Assembly (NCBI GenBank): GCA_035656275.1
Contig: DASRSW010000001.1
Span: 3,490 to 67,489, forward strand
Source: Thermoplasmata archaeon
GTDB taxonomy: Archaea; Thermoplasmatota; Thermoplasmata; Lutacidiplasmatales; UBA184
Length of the DNA: 64,000 nucleotides
Direction of reading: 5' to 3'
Below are positions 18,652-27,649 of this stretch, in pieces; within the stretch, counting starts at the first letter, position 1; the number at the start of each line of letters is the position of its first letter. Both the position numbers and the translations under genes were made by a program. The notes beneath the pieces were generated by a model. It saw only the letters and a program-made list of their open reading frames with translations, did no database searches and had not been told where the DNA came from.

Positions 18652-21600
18652 TCAAGCCCCCGGTCCGTCCGGCCCGTCCTCGATCGGCTGGGTCTCGAGT
18701 GCACGGACGAGGGCGCGGCCCTCCCGCCGCCGTCGATTGCGCCGCTCCAGGATCAACGCGAGCGCGAGGGCGACCGCGACCCCGACCGCGGCAAGGGCGG
18801 TGAGTCCTGCCGGTGTTTCGAACAGGGAGGGCGAGGCGCCCGAGGTTCCAGGGGGACCGACGGTGCGCGCGGGAGCCACGCTGAGCGGCGCGGAGGCGTT
18901 CACCGTTCGGCCGAGGGCGTCCGTCACGTGGACGGTCACGGAGAAGTTCCCCGCGGCCGTCGGAACGCATTCGACGACCGGCGTATCCCGGCTGAGGCAT
19001 CCTCCGGGGAGCCCTGCGTAGACGTACGTCAGCGGGAGGGTGCCGGCGGAAACGCTCACCACGATCGTGACGTTGCTACCGACGGTCGTAGCCGCCGGGG
19101 TCACGAAGAACGCCGAGATGGAAGGCCCTACCCCACCGGTCGCGGTGAGGACGGCGAGCGCCGCGCGGACGCCCGCCCGGTGGCCGGCGGCATCGAAGAC
19201 CGTGACGTGGATCGAGTAGTTACCGGCGCTCGACGGTTGGCACGGAAGCGACGAGACGTTCGACCCGGCACATCCTGGCGGGAGGTTCGAGTAATTGTAC
19301 CCGATGGGGCCCACACCCCCGGCCGCGAGGACGTCGATGACCGTGGCCTGCCCCACCATGACGAGGCCCGGCGTGGCCGCGAAGGCGGAGACCGTGAGTC
19401 CGGCACCCCCGCCGACGGGGTACACCGTGAAGTTCGTCGTCACGGAAAGCGCGCTGCCCGCGGAGTCCTTCACCGAAACCGTCAGCGTGAACGTCCCGGC
19501 CGACGTCGGCGTGCAGACGAGCGTGCTCACGTTCGCGGAGGTGCATCCCGCGGGCAGGCCGGCGTAGGCGTAGACGAGGGGAGGGACGCCACCGCGGGCA
19601 TCGACCGAGATGTTGGTCGAGTTGCCGAGGACGATCGCCGCGGGTACCGCCGCGAAGGAGTAGACCTGGGGGCCCGTCGAACCGCCGGCGGGCACCACTG
19701 TGAGGGCGGTCGTCGCGGAGACGCTGACCCCGGCCGCGTCGGTCACGGTGACCGTCACGGAATAGTTGCCCACGCCGGTCGGCGTGCAGGGGAGCGCCGG
19801 GACCGTCTGCGAGGCGCAGCCCGGGGGGAGGCCCGTGTAGGCGTAGAGAAACGCCGACGTTCCCCCGGTTACCGTCGCGGAGAGCACCGTCGTTCCTCCC
19901 ACCGTCAGCGACGCGGGAGAGGCCGCGAACGGGCCCACGCCCAGGTCCGCGTTGACGACGAGAGTAGTGGCGGCCGTCACGACGTCTTTCGCCGAATCGG
20001 TGACGCTGACCACGACGTGGAAACTTCCCGTGGTGCTCGGCGTGCAGAGCAGCGAGGAGGTGTTGGAGGTGCCGCAGCCGGGCGGGAGGCTCGAGTAGCC
20101 GAAACTGAGGGGACCGACACCGCCTAGGGTCGAGATGCTCAGGGTCGTCGTCTGGCCGAGGTCGAGGGTGGCCGGAGTGGCCGAGAACGCACGGATGAGG
20201 GGGGAGGGGGATCCGTTCTGGGACCAGAACCAGGTGTCGCCGCAGGTGCTGCTGGGGCCACTGCACCCCGTGCTGGATCCACCGAAGAAGACCGCCGCCG
20301 CGATTTTCGGGTCGAACGCCCCCGCCATACCGAAGCGGGGAGAAGGTCCGGCGGGTACGAACAATTCGCTCCAGGTCCCGTTCGTAAAGCTCCAGGTGTC
20401 CTGACTTCCCGTACCCTCGTAAAGGAGCACGTAGCCCCCTGTCGGGTAATCCGCGAGCGCGGCCGCGGAGATAGCTGGGGGGGCGCGGCCCGCCGTGTTC
20501 GTGAGGTCCGTCCACTTTCCGCCGTGGAACACCCAGGTCTCGTTCGTCAGCGACGGCTGGCTGGTGCCGAAGAACAGCACGTATCCATCCGTCGAATCGT
20601 AGACGAGAGGGTTCGCGGCCACGGGCTGCGGGGGCGTGCCCGCGGTCTTCGAGAGGTTCGACCAGACCCCGGCATGGTAACTCCACGTTCCCCCGGCAGA
20701 GCCCTGGAAGAGGAGCACGTAGCCGTCCGCGCCGTCGTATGCGGCGACCCCGCCGTAGACGGCGGGGGGAGACTGCCCCGGGGTAAGCTGGGTCCACTTG
20801 CCCGCCGCGAACTCCCAGGTGTCGTTGAGCGCTCCCGCGTTGCTGTACCCGCCGAAGAGCAGGAGGTATCCGTCGGCCGCATCATACACCAGGGACGCCT
20901 GGGTTCTGGCCGGAGGAGGGGCGGACCCGATCACCCGGGCCCACCCAGTGCCATTGAACGACCACGTGTCGTTGGCGTAGGCAACGCAGCAGCCCGCGTA
21001 GTAGGTGCCCCCGAAGAGGATCACCTGTTGCGTCGACGGGTCGTACGCCTCCGCGGCGTAGTAGCGCGGGCCCAGCGTGGGTGGAGTCACGTTCGTCCAC
21101 GCGCCGGCATGGAACGCCCAGCTGTCGGCGAGCCCCGTCGACCCGGTGCCGCCGAAGAAGAGGAGGTAGCCGTCCTTCGGGTCGTCCGCCACGCCGGCGC
21201 CCAGCCGCTCGGTCGGGCCCGCGGAGGTGACGTGCGTCCAGTTCCCGCCGGTGTAGGTCCAGGTGATCTCTGACACGTAGGCGCTGTAGTTGAGGGCCGT
21301 CGTGTAGACGATCTCCGCGTCCGCGGTATCGTAGCCGAAGGCGTCGGGCGTCGGGACCGATGGCGAGACCGTAGGGTGGAGCTGGGTCCAGGCGCCCGAG
21401 GAGAACTTCCAGGTGTCGTTGAGGCCACCACTCGTGTTGGTTCCCCCGAAGAGGAGGACGTAGCCGTCCTTCACGTCGTACGCCATCCCGGCCTCCCCGC
21501 GAGGGGAAGGGTGCGTCGTGGTCGTGACCTGAGCCCAGTTCCCCGCCGAGAACTTCCAGGTGTCGCCGCACCAGCCATACGTGGCCGTGCACCACGTCGC

Positions 21601-22299
21601 TTCGCCGCCGAACAGGAGGAGGTACCCGTCGGCCGAGTCGTTGGTGAGGCTGGCGCCGTAGCGACCCGGCGGCGACGTGGTCGGGAAGAGCTGCGTCCAA
21701 ACCCCCGCGTGGTACGTCCAGGTCTCGTTGGCCGAGGTGCAGGCCGGGAGGCCGCTGCCGCCCACGTTCGGCCCACCGAAGTAGACGACTTCGTGGTCGG
21801 CGTCGTCGTAGGCCATGCCCGAGCCTGGGCAATTCATGGGGAGCACGGCGGGCGTGAGGGCGCTCCAGCTGCCCCCCGAGTACTTCCACATGCTCGTCGG
21901 ACCTTCGGTGCCGCCGTTTCCGGCGGTGCTCCCGAGGAGCACCACGTAGCCATCGGCGGCGTCGTAGGTCATCTCAAAATCGTAGATCGATTGGGGTGGG
22001 GGGCTAACGGAGAAGGAGGACCATCCCGGGGCGGCCGCCGCGAGCGGCCCGGTCGGGAGCGCAGGGGTCGCGCCGCCGCACGCCGGGGTGCCGAGCTTGT
22101 CGATCCCGTGGCAGCTCCACGGCTGAGGCGTCGGCCCGTGCGTCGGGCTCACGGGCGAGAGCGGGGCCGGCAGGTACGCCCCGGTGGTATGGGCGCTTCC
22201 CATCGCCATCCAGCCGGCGGAGGCCAGCAGGGTCACCGTAACCAGAATCGAAAGGAGCACCGCTCGGACGCCCCACAGCCTTGCCGCGCGCATCGTCAT
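18652..22299 (-). CDS. Type I surface protein: double Kelch beta-propeller + five Ig-like repeats + C-terminal TM anchor
   Basis: 1215 aa with an N-terminal signal/anchor (VLLSILVTVTLLASAGWMAMG). There are 12 blades marked by the recurring DGY[VL][VL]LFGG-type strand. Five tandem Ig-like repeats follow, then a TM helix LTALAAVGVAVALALALIL and a basic tail RRNRRRRE. It has many N-x-S/T sequons. Confidence 0.8.
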   Translation of the reverse strand: MTMRAARLWGVRAVLLSILVTVTLLASAGWMAMGSAHTTGAYLPAPLSPVSPTHGPTPQPWSCHGIDKLGTPACGGATPALPTGPLAAAAPGWSSFSVSPPPQSIYDFEMTYDAADGYVVLLGSTAGNGGTEGPTSMWKYSGGSWSALTPAVLPMNCPGSGMAYDDADHEVVYFGGPNVGGSGLPACTSANETWTYHAGVWTQLFPTTSPPGRYGASLTNDSADGYLLLFGGEATWCTATYGWCGDTWKFSAGNWAQVTTTTHPSPRGEAGMAYDVKDGYVLLFGGTNTSGGLNDTWKFSSGAWTQLHPTVSPSVPTPDAFGYDTADAEIVYTTALNYSAYVSEITWTYTGGNWTHVTSAGPTERLGAGVADDPKDGYLLFFGGTGSTGLADSWAFHAGAWTNVTPPTLGPRYYAAEAYDPSTQQVILFGGTYYAGCCVAYANDTWSFNGTGWARVIGSAPPPARTQASLVYDAADGYLLLFGGYSNAGALNDTWEFAAGKWTQLTPGQSPPAVYGGVAAYDGADGYVLLFQGSAGGTWSYHAGVWSNLSKTAGTPPQPVAANPLVYDSTDGYVLFFGTSQPSLTNETWVFHGGKWTDLTNTAGRAPPAISAAALADYPTGGYVLLYEGTGSQDTWSFTNGTWSELFVPAGPSPRFGMAGAFDPKIAAAVFFGGSSTGCSGPSSTCGDTWFWSQNGSPSPLIRAFSATPATLDLGQTTTLSISTLGGVGPLSFGYSSLPPGCGTSNTSSLLCTPSTTGSFHVVVSVTDSAKDVVTAATTLVVNADLGVGPFAASPASLTVGGTTVLSATVTGGTSAFLYAYTGLPPGCASQTVPALPCTPTGVGNYSVTVTVTDAAGVSVSATTALTVVPAGGSTGPQVYSFAAVPAAIVLGNSTNISVDARGGVPPLVYAYAGLPAGCTSANVSTLVCTPTSAGTFTLTVSVKDSAGSALSVTTNFTVYPVGGGAGLTVSAFAATPGLVMVGQATVIDVLAAGGVGPIGYNYSNLPPGCAGSNVSSLPCQPSSAGNYSIHVTVFDAAGHRAGVRAALAVLTATGGVGPSISAFFVTPAATTVGSNVTIVVSVSAGTLPLTYVYAGLPGGCLSRDTPVVECVPTAAGNFSVTVHVTDALGRTVNASAPLSVAPARTVGPPGTSGASPSLFETPAGLTALAAVGVAVALALALILERRNRRRREGRALVRALETQPIEDGPDGPGA
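18877..20196 (-). repeat. Five tandem protein-level Ig-like repeats (~91 aa / 273 nt period) with a conserved Cys pair
   Basis: Residues ~702-1141 of the 1215-aa protein. Each unit carries GG..P..Y.Y.GLP.GC.S.....L.C.P...G.[FY].[VI].V.V.D..G. I counted at least 13 N-x-S/T sequons in the array by hand. Confidence 0.75.
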
Positions 22300-22323
22300 C
22301 AGAGTCTCTGGGGGCCGACCCCC

Positions 22324-22331
22324 TTCATAAA
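22324..22331 (-). promoter_or_regulatory. TATA-like box for the 1215-aa surface protein gene
   Basis: The minus strand reads TTTATGAA, centred ~28 nt upstream of ATG 22299. This implies a leaderless or near-leaderless mRNA. Confidence 0.4.
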
Positions 22332-22383
22332 CCTCGGGCGGAAAAATGCCGCCGTTATGCCGTCCACGCCCGGCATGCCGCCG

Positions 22384-22893
22384 TCATTCCGTCGGCGAGG
22401 CTTTCCGCCGGACGTCGGCGTCCAGGACCGCATGCGCCTCGTCCACGAGCCGGCGGGCCCGCGGCCGGTCCCCCGCGCGGTAGGCGGCTTCGGCGGCCCG
22501 CAGCGTCTCGACGACCCCCGCCGCGCGGAACCCCTCGGCCGCGCGGACCCCCAGGAGCCGCTGGACGAGCAGGAGCCGGTTGAACAGCGGGTCCTCCTCC
22601 CTCGTGCCCTCGGCTTCGGGCCGGCCGGTCGGCACGTACTCCACGAGCCCCCGCGGCCACTCGCGCAGTCGGGGCTCGGGTCGAAGGGCGTCGAGCCGGG
22701 CGCCCGCCGCTTCGAGGAGCGCCTCCGCCCGAGCCCAGTCGCCCGTCGCGGCGGCGGCGCGACCCTCGGCGGCCAGGCGCGCGGCCGTGGGGTCCGGCCC
22801 TTCGGGCGTCGACTCGGCTTGGAGCCGCCGGTCGATCCCGATGAGAAACCCCTCGACCTCAGCCGCGCGCGCGGAGCGCGAGCGCGTCTTCAT
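22384..22893 (-). CDS. Hypothetical helical protein (paralogue of upstream gene)
   Basis: 169 aa. The ATG overlaps the upstream stop (ATGA at 22890..22893). It has no TM helix. It contains ATGDWARAEALLEAAGARLDAL...EPRLREWPRGL and a second AYRAGDRPRARRLVDEA helix. No family recognised. Confidence 0.45.
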   Translation of the reverse strand: MKTRSRSARAAEVEGFLIGIDRRLQAESTPEGPDPTAARLAAEGRAAAATGDWARAEALLEAAGARLDALRPEPRLREWPRGLVEYVPTGRPEAEGTREEDPLFNRLLLVQRLLGVRAAEGFRAAGVVETLRAAEAAYRAGDRPRARRLVDEAHAVLDADVRRKASPTE

Positions 22894-23507
22894 GCCGGCG
22901 ATGGAGGCGGCGGCGGGCGGCTCCCCGCGGCGCGGGGGGCCGGGACGCGAGCGCGCACCTGGACCCAGAGGCGGTCAAGGGTCTCCCAGACGACGGCCGA
23001 CGGACCCTCGGCGGCGTACGCGCCTTCGGCGGCGGCGAGCGGCTCCGCAAGGTCCTCGGCCGATGCCCCGTGCGCCGTCATCCATGCGAGCGACCCCTTC
23101 GCAAGCGCGAGCTGCTTTTCGGCTTCGCGTCGCAGGCGCCGGGTCTCCTTGTCGGCGGCCGGGAGCGCGTGCTCGGGGTCCCACTGCGGCGGTTGGGGCG
23201 CCGGGATCGACACGCGCAGCTCGCGGAACGGGAGGGGGAGCGTGGGCCAGCGCGGCTCGGCGAACCGCACCGCCAACTGGTCGAGCGCGCTCTGCGCGCC
23301 GTTCCAGTCTCCGGCCTGGAACGCGGTCTCCGCCCGCTCGAACGGCACGAGAAGGTCCCCCGACGGCGCCCCCTTCCAGAGGTCCAGATTGAGCGCCACG
23401 CGCGAAGGGGCGAGCCGGCGCAACACCGCCCGCCCCGCCGCCTCCCCGGGCGGCGCCGCCGCCTCCGGGGGGGCGGTCGCGGGGGGCCGGTTGGGTGCGC
23501 CGGGCAA
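22890..23507 (-). CDS. Hypothetical protein downstream of GGR
   Basis: 205 aa from TTG 23507 (alternative GTG 23426), 8 nt after the GGR stop. It contains FQAGDWNGAQSALDQLAVRFAEPRWPTLPLPF, which resembles the module in the next gene. No family recognised. Confidence 0.45.
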   Translation of the reverse strand: MPGAPNRPPATAPPEAAAPPGEAAGRAVLRRLAPSRVALNLDLWKGAPSGDLLVPFERAETAFQAGDWNGAQSALDQLAVRFAEPRWPTLPLPFRELRVSIPAPQPPQWDPEHALPAADKETRRLRREAEKQLALAKGSLAWMTAHGASAEDLAEPLAAAEGAYAAEGPSAVVWETLDRLWVQVRARVPAPRAAGSRPPPPPSPA

Positions 23508-23515
23508 CTACGCTC

Positions 23516-24703
23516 CTAGAGGAACGCCTCGAACTCTTTTGTGACTTCGGGGTACTTTTCGTTGACCGCTTTGAGGATGTTGTGCACGGTCAGCTTCTGC
23601 AGCCGGACGTCCTGGAGGGCGTCGACGATCTTGTCGAACGTGGCGTCCGACAGCGTGCAGAGCTTCTCCTTGGCGAGCCAGTTGCGGTAGAGCTTCTCCT
23701 CGAGCCTCGCCCGCCAGCCTTTCTCGTACTTCTGGAAGAACTCCTTCGTAGGCGTCTTCGCCTGGACGGCCTCCGCGGCGACCGTGCCGCAGATCTTCCC
23801 GGCGATGCAGCCGTTCGCGATCCCCCCGCCCGTGAGCGGGTCGATCATCCGCGCCGCGTCGCCGACGAGCATGAACCCGTCCGTGACCGTCTGCTTGAGC
23901 GGCGGCGCGATGGAGACGCCGCCGCCGACCACGTCGATCGTCTTCCCCTTCGCGTAGCCGGGGTGCTTCGCGATCCAGCGGTCGAGGTACGCTTTGACCT
24001 CCCCGGGTTCTTTCAGCTTCGAGAGCTGAACCCCGATCCCGACGTTGGCGAGGCCCTCGGCCTTCGGGAAGATCCAGACGTAGCCGCCCGGGGCGACCTC
24101 GCCCAGGTAGAAATCGCAGTAGCGAACGTCGCAGTCGACGTTCGTCATCCGGTACTGGAGACAGGAGTCCATGTCGCGGAGCGCGAGATTGGTCGGAATC
24201 CCCGCCCAGCGGCCGATCTGGGACTCGAAGCCGTCCGCGCCGATGGTCACCGGGGCGCGGATGTTGAACAGCTCGCCGAACCGCTTCGCCTTGACGCCGA
24301 CGACCCGGCCGTTCTCCTTCAGGATGCCGACGGCGGAGGTCTTCAGCATCACGTCCGCCCCGGCGTTCCCCGCGTCGATGGCGAGCTGCTTATCGAACCC
24401 GTCCCGCTCGACGACGTAGCCGACCTCGTTGCCCGCGTGCTTTTCATTGATCTCGAAGACCTTCTCGCTGGGGGAGTAGATGCGGGCCCCCTCCACCTCG
24501 ACGTTGATCCAGCGACCCGGGGTGATGCCGACCTCGTGGAGCCACTCCTTGCTCATCCCCTCGCCGCAGCGCACGGGGCTCCCGATCTCCTGGCGCTTCT
24601 CGATCACGAGGGTCCGGGCGCCCGCATGGGCGGCCCACTTCGCGGTCATGCTGCCGGCGGGGCCGGCGCCCACCACCAGCACGTCGGTCTCGATGTCCTG
24701 CAT
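23516..24703 (-). CDS. Digeranylgeranylglycerophospholipid reductase (geranylgeranyl reductase family)
   Basis: 395 aa from ATG 24703. It has DVLVVGAGPAGS, IGSPVRCGEGMS, ADGFESQIGRWAG, LVGDAARMIDPLTGGGIANG and the C-terminal ...LAKEKLCTLSD...KAVNEKYPEVTKEFEAFL. The alignment is near-colinear with my memory of the Thermoplasma acidophilum enzyme. Confidence 0.9.
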   Translation of the reverse strand: MQDIETDVLVVGAGPAGSMTAKWAAHAGARTLVIEKRQEIGSPVRCGEGMSKEWLHEVGITPGRWINVEVEGARIYSPSEKVFEINEKHAGNEVGYVVERDGFDKQLAIDAGNAGADVMLKTSAVGILKENGRVVGVKAKRFGELFNIRAPVTIGADGFESQIGRWAGIPTNLALRDMDSCLQYRMTNVDCDVRYCDFYLGEVAPGGYVWIFPKAEGLANVGIGVQLSKLKEPGEVKAYLDRWIAKHPGYAKGKTIDVVGGGVSIAPPLKQTVTDGFMLVGDAARMIDPLTGGGIANGCIAGKICGTVAAEAVQAKTPTKEFFQKYEKGWRARLEEKLYRNWLAKEKLCTLSDATFDKIVDALQDVRLQKLTVHNILKAVNEKYPEVTKEFEAFL

Positions 24704-24729
24704 GGATCGTGAAGGAGGGAAGGGCCCGC

Positions 24730-24921
24730 TCAGCCGATCTCGATCGCCCCGACGGGGCAGGCCTTGACGCAGATCTCGCAGCGGGTGCAGATCCGCTCGT
24801 CGAACGTGATCCGGGTCTCGTCGAGGTAGATGCAGTTGAGGGGGCAGACCCCGACGCACGCCCCGCAGTAGATGCACATTTGGCCGCTGGACTCGATGTG
24901 CAGGCTCTTCTTCGTCGGCAC
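24730..24921 (-). CDS. 2x[4Fe-4S] ferredoxin
   Basis: 63 aa from GTG 24921 (or 49 aa from ATG 24879). It has two CxxCxxCxxxCP motifs (CIYCGACVGVCP, CTRCEICVKACP). It sits immediately upstream of GGR. Confidence 0.8.
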   Translation of the reverse strand: MPTKKSLHIESSGQMCIYCGACVGVCPLNCIYLDETRITFDERICTRCEICVKACPVGAIEIG

Positions 24922-24952
24922 GGGAACCCTAACCGCGAAGGGTCCTTCGTCC

Positions 24953-24960
24953 TTATTAAA
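24953..24960 (-). promoter_or_regulatory. TATA-like box for the ferredoxin-GGR operon
   Basis: The minus strand reads TTTAATAA, ~35 nt upstream of GTG 24921. It is an isolated A/T-rich octamer in GC-rich DNA. Confidence 0.4.
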
Positions 24961-24994
24961 GGGTATCGAAGACGCGGAACCCGGCGCGCGTGGA

Positions 24995-25936
24995 CTAGCC
25001 CTTCTCCTCGGCCAGGTACCGCTCCACATCGATGGCGGCCATGCAGCCGAGGCCGGCGGCCGAGACGGCCTGCCGGTAGCGGTGGTCGTAGACATCGCCG
25101 GCGGCGAAGACGCCCGGGACGCTCGTCCGCGTGATCGCGTGGGTCTCGACGTACCCCTTCGGGTCGAGGGCCAGATGCCCCCGGAAGACCTCGGTCGCCG
25201 GGTCATGGCCGATGGCGAGGAACAGCCCCTCGGCCGGGACCGTGCGGACCTCGCCGGTCGGGATCGAGCGGACCTTGAGGCCCGTCACGGCCCCGTCGCC
25301 CAGGACCTCGACGACCTCCTGCTCCGTCAGGAACTCGATCTTCGGGTTCGCATGGGCGCGCGCGAGCATGATCTGGCTCGCCCGGAACTCCTTGCGGCGG
25401 TGGATGAGGAGCACCTTGGTCGCGAACTTCGTCAAGAACGTCGCCTCCTCCATCGCGGAGTCGCCGCCGCCCACGCAGGCGACGACTTTGCCCTTGAAGA
25501 AGAACCCGTCGCAGGTGGCGCAGGCCGAGACGCCGTGGCCCCGCAGCTTCTGCTCGGAGGGGAGGTCCAGCCAGCGGGCGTTCGCCCCCGTGGCGACGAT
25601 GACGCTCTCCGCGCTCACGGTCCCCGCGAGCCCGAGGTCGAGCTGGAACGGCCGGTGCGCGAAGTCCACGGCCCGCACGTTCGCGTCCAGCATCTCCGCG
25701 CCGAACCGGACCGCCTGCGCGCGCATCCGCGTGATGAGCTCGGGTCCCTGGATCCCTTCGGGGAAGCCGGGATAGTTCTCGACATCCGTCGTCAACATGA
25801 GCTGCCCGCCCGCGGGCACCCCCCCGATCACGAGGGGGGCCAGGTTGGCCCGGGCCGCGTAGAGCGCGGCCGTGAGCCCCGCCGGGCCGCTTCCGATGAT
25901 CGCGACGCGGACGGTGCGGTGGGATGCCTCCGCCAT
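24995..25936 (-). CDS. trxB: Thioredoxin-disulfide reductase
   Basis: 313 aa. The FAD motif is GSGPAG, the redox-active site is CATCDG, and the NADPH motif is [11 protein letters not shown]. Confidence 0.9.
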   Translation of the reverse strand: MAEASHRTVRVAIIGSGPAGLTAALYAARANLAPLVIGGVPAGGQLMLTTDVENYPGFPEGIQGPELITRMRAQAVRFGAEMLDANVRAVDFAHRPFQLDLGLAGTVSAESVIVATGANARWLDLPSEQKLRGHGVSACATCDGFFFKGKVVACVGGGDSAMEEATFLTKFATKVLLIHRRKEFRASQIMLARAHANPKIEFLTEQEVVEVLGDGAVTGLKVRSIPTGEVRTVPAEGLFLAIGHDPATEVFRGHLALDPKGYVETHAITRTSVPGVFAAGDVYDHRYRQAVSAAGLGCMAAIDVERYLAEEKG

Positions 25937-25990
25937 GGATGCCGGCTAGCCCCGGCGAGGGCTAATAGAGATGGCGGGGGCGGGTACCGG

Positions 25991-26533
25991 CTAGTCCCCA
26001 GGTGGTGGGAGCTTCAGCCGGTCCGGCCCGTCCGCCGTGGCGTAGCCGCGGTGGAAGAAGAGGAGCGGAAGCCCGTCGTGGAGCGGCTCCACGCCCACCA
26101 CCTCGCCGAGGATGACCCGATGGTCCCCGACCGTGAACGCCTGGCGGACTTGGCACTCCAGGGTCCCGAGGGCGCCGTCGAGGAGGGGCGCCCCCGTGAC
26201 GCCGCGGTGGACCGGTAGGCCGTCGAACTTCTCCGCGGACGGCACCGCGAGAGCGAACCGCTCGCTCAGGGGGCGCTGCTCGGAAGAGAGAAAGCTGACC
26301 GCGAAGAACCCGCTCGCCTCGATCACGGGCGTCGACTCCGCCGAGGTGGTGAGCGAGATCAGAAGAGTGGGCGGCTCGAGCGCGACGGAGAGGAGCGCGT
26401 TCACGGTGAGCCCGACATCCCCCGCGGGACCCCGGCTCGTGACGACCGACACGCCCGTCGCCCACCGGGCCATGAGGCGGCGGAACTCGGCCGGGCGGGG
26501 GGAGGGGGATTCGACCAACGGACCCCGACCCAC
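25991..26533 (-). CDS. Flavin reductase-like FMN-binding split-barrel protein
   Basis: 180 aa. FRRLMARWATGVSVVTS...GLTVNALLSVALEPPTLLISL fits the flavin reductase domain. Its start abuts the permease stop (26533/26534). Confidence 0.8.
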   Translation of the reverse strand: MGRGPLVESPSPRPAEFRRLMARWATGVSVVTSRGPAGDVGLTVNALLSVALEPPTLLISLTTSAESTPVIEASGFFAVSFLSSEQRPLSERFALAVPSAEKFDGLPVHRGVTGAPLLDGALGTLECQVRQAFTVGDHRVILGEVVGVEPLHDGLPLLFFHRGYATADGPDRLKLPPPGD

Positions 26534-27649
26534 CTAGTCGTCCCGCCACTTGAAGAAGGAGATCGCCGCGAGGAAGACGACCGCCGACGCGACAAGGAGG
26601 ATCAGGACGTCGTTCACGGCCCCCGATCCGTTCTGGTAGAGCATCACCTGGTTCATTCCGTCGATGACGTAGTAGAGCGGGAGGACGTGGGCGAACGACT
26701 GGAGGTACCCCGGGAAGTTGGAGACAGGGAAGAACGTCCCCGAGAGGAACATCATGGGGAAGGTGACGATGTTGCCGATGACGGCCGCGGTTTCGGGGGT
26801 CCGCGCGACGGAGCCGGCGAGCATGCCGAGCGAGACGAAGAAGAACGGGCCCAGGATAAGGAACGGGAGGACCCCGAGCGCGAGGTTCACGTGGGCCCCG
26901 AAGCCGTAGGTGCCCGCCGCGACCATCACCCCGGCCGAGAGGAAGCTGAGGAGGATGTACCAGATGATCTTCGCCGTGAGCCACTCGCCCTTCGTGAGCG
27001 GCGTGAGCGAGAGCTGGCGGAACAGGTGGTCCTTCCGGTAGGACGAGCTGATGTCGACCATGGCGAACATGGGGCTCGTGAGGATGGTGAACCCGATGAG
27101 GCCGGGCACGAGGTAGTCGATGTACTTGTACGAGGTGCTGCCGACCGTCGTGGTGGCGACGGAGAGGAAGTTGGTGCCGCCCGCCGCCTTGAGGTTGAAG
27201 CCGTTCACGACCCCCTGGACGGTCCCCTCGGCGATCCCGCTCGAGACCTGGTCCTGGGGGTCGATGTAGAGGAGCACGGTGAGGTTGGCGTGCCCGAGGA
27301 ACCGGTTCTGGAAACCCGCGGGGATGACGAGCCCCACGGGATGGCTGTTCGTCGCGAGCCAGCGGGAGAAGTTGCTGGATGAACCGTTTATGGAGGCGGG
27401 GGTCTCGAGGGCGACCTGGACGGCCCCGGTCGAGTTGAGCGCGGAGAGGAACTGCTGGCTCACGTTCGAGTTGTTGTCGAGATTCTCCGTGTAGAGCGTC
27501 ACGACGGTCGGCGAGGAGGTAGAGAAGATGAGGCCGAACAGCGCGACCAGGATGAGGGGAAAGGCGATGGAGAAGAAGAGCCCAAGCGGGTTCCGCAGGT
27601 ACCCCTTCCCGAAGACGACGAGGTCCGCCCAGATGCGTCGGGGGTTCAT
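26534..27649 (-). CDS. ABC-2 type transporter permease
   Basis: 371 aa. It has one N-terminal TM helix, a large Asn/Ser-rich external loop, then five TM helices, which is the ABC-2 architecture. The ATG overlaps the ATPase stop (ATGA at 27646..27649). Confidence 0.8.
   Translation of the reverse strand: MNPRRIWADLVVFGKGYLRNPLGLFFSIAFPLILVALFGLIFSTSSPTVVTLYTENLDNNSNVSQQFLSALNSTGAVQVALETPASINGSSSNFSRWLATNSHPVGLVIPAGFQNRFLGHANLTVLLYIDPQDQVSSGIAEGTVQGVVNGFNLKAAGGTNFLSVATTTVGSTSYKYIDYLVPGLIGFTILTSPMFAMVDISSSYRKDHLFRQLSLTPLTKGEWLTAKIIWYILLSFLSAGVMVAAGTYGFGAHVNLALGVLPFLILGPFFFVSLGMLAGSVARTPETAAVIGNIVTFPMMFLSGTFFPVSNFPGYLQSFAHVLPLYYVIDGMNQVMLYQNGSGAVNDVLILLVASAVVFLAAISFFKWRDD

Noticed and set aside
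16563-18704. 713-aa minus-strand ORF
   Set aside because: It runs out of frame across the DUF1028 and wHTH genes, which have recognisable domains in other frames. Its product is Arg/Pro/Gly-rich. Only its 3' portion inside the 16718..16949 gap looks gene-like, and that is reported separately.
23516-24921. Possibility that the FAD oxidoreductase plus ferredoxin are FixC/FixX partners of the fused ETF
   Set aside because: The 395-aa protein is colinear with geranylgeranyl reductase, including its characteristic C-terminal helical region. It lies 7 kb from the ETF gene on the other strand. A ferredoxin next to GGR is a known arrangement.
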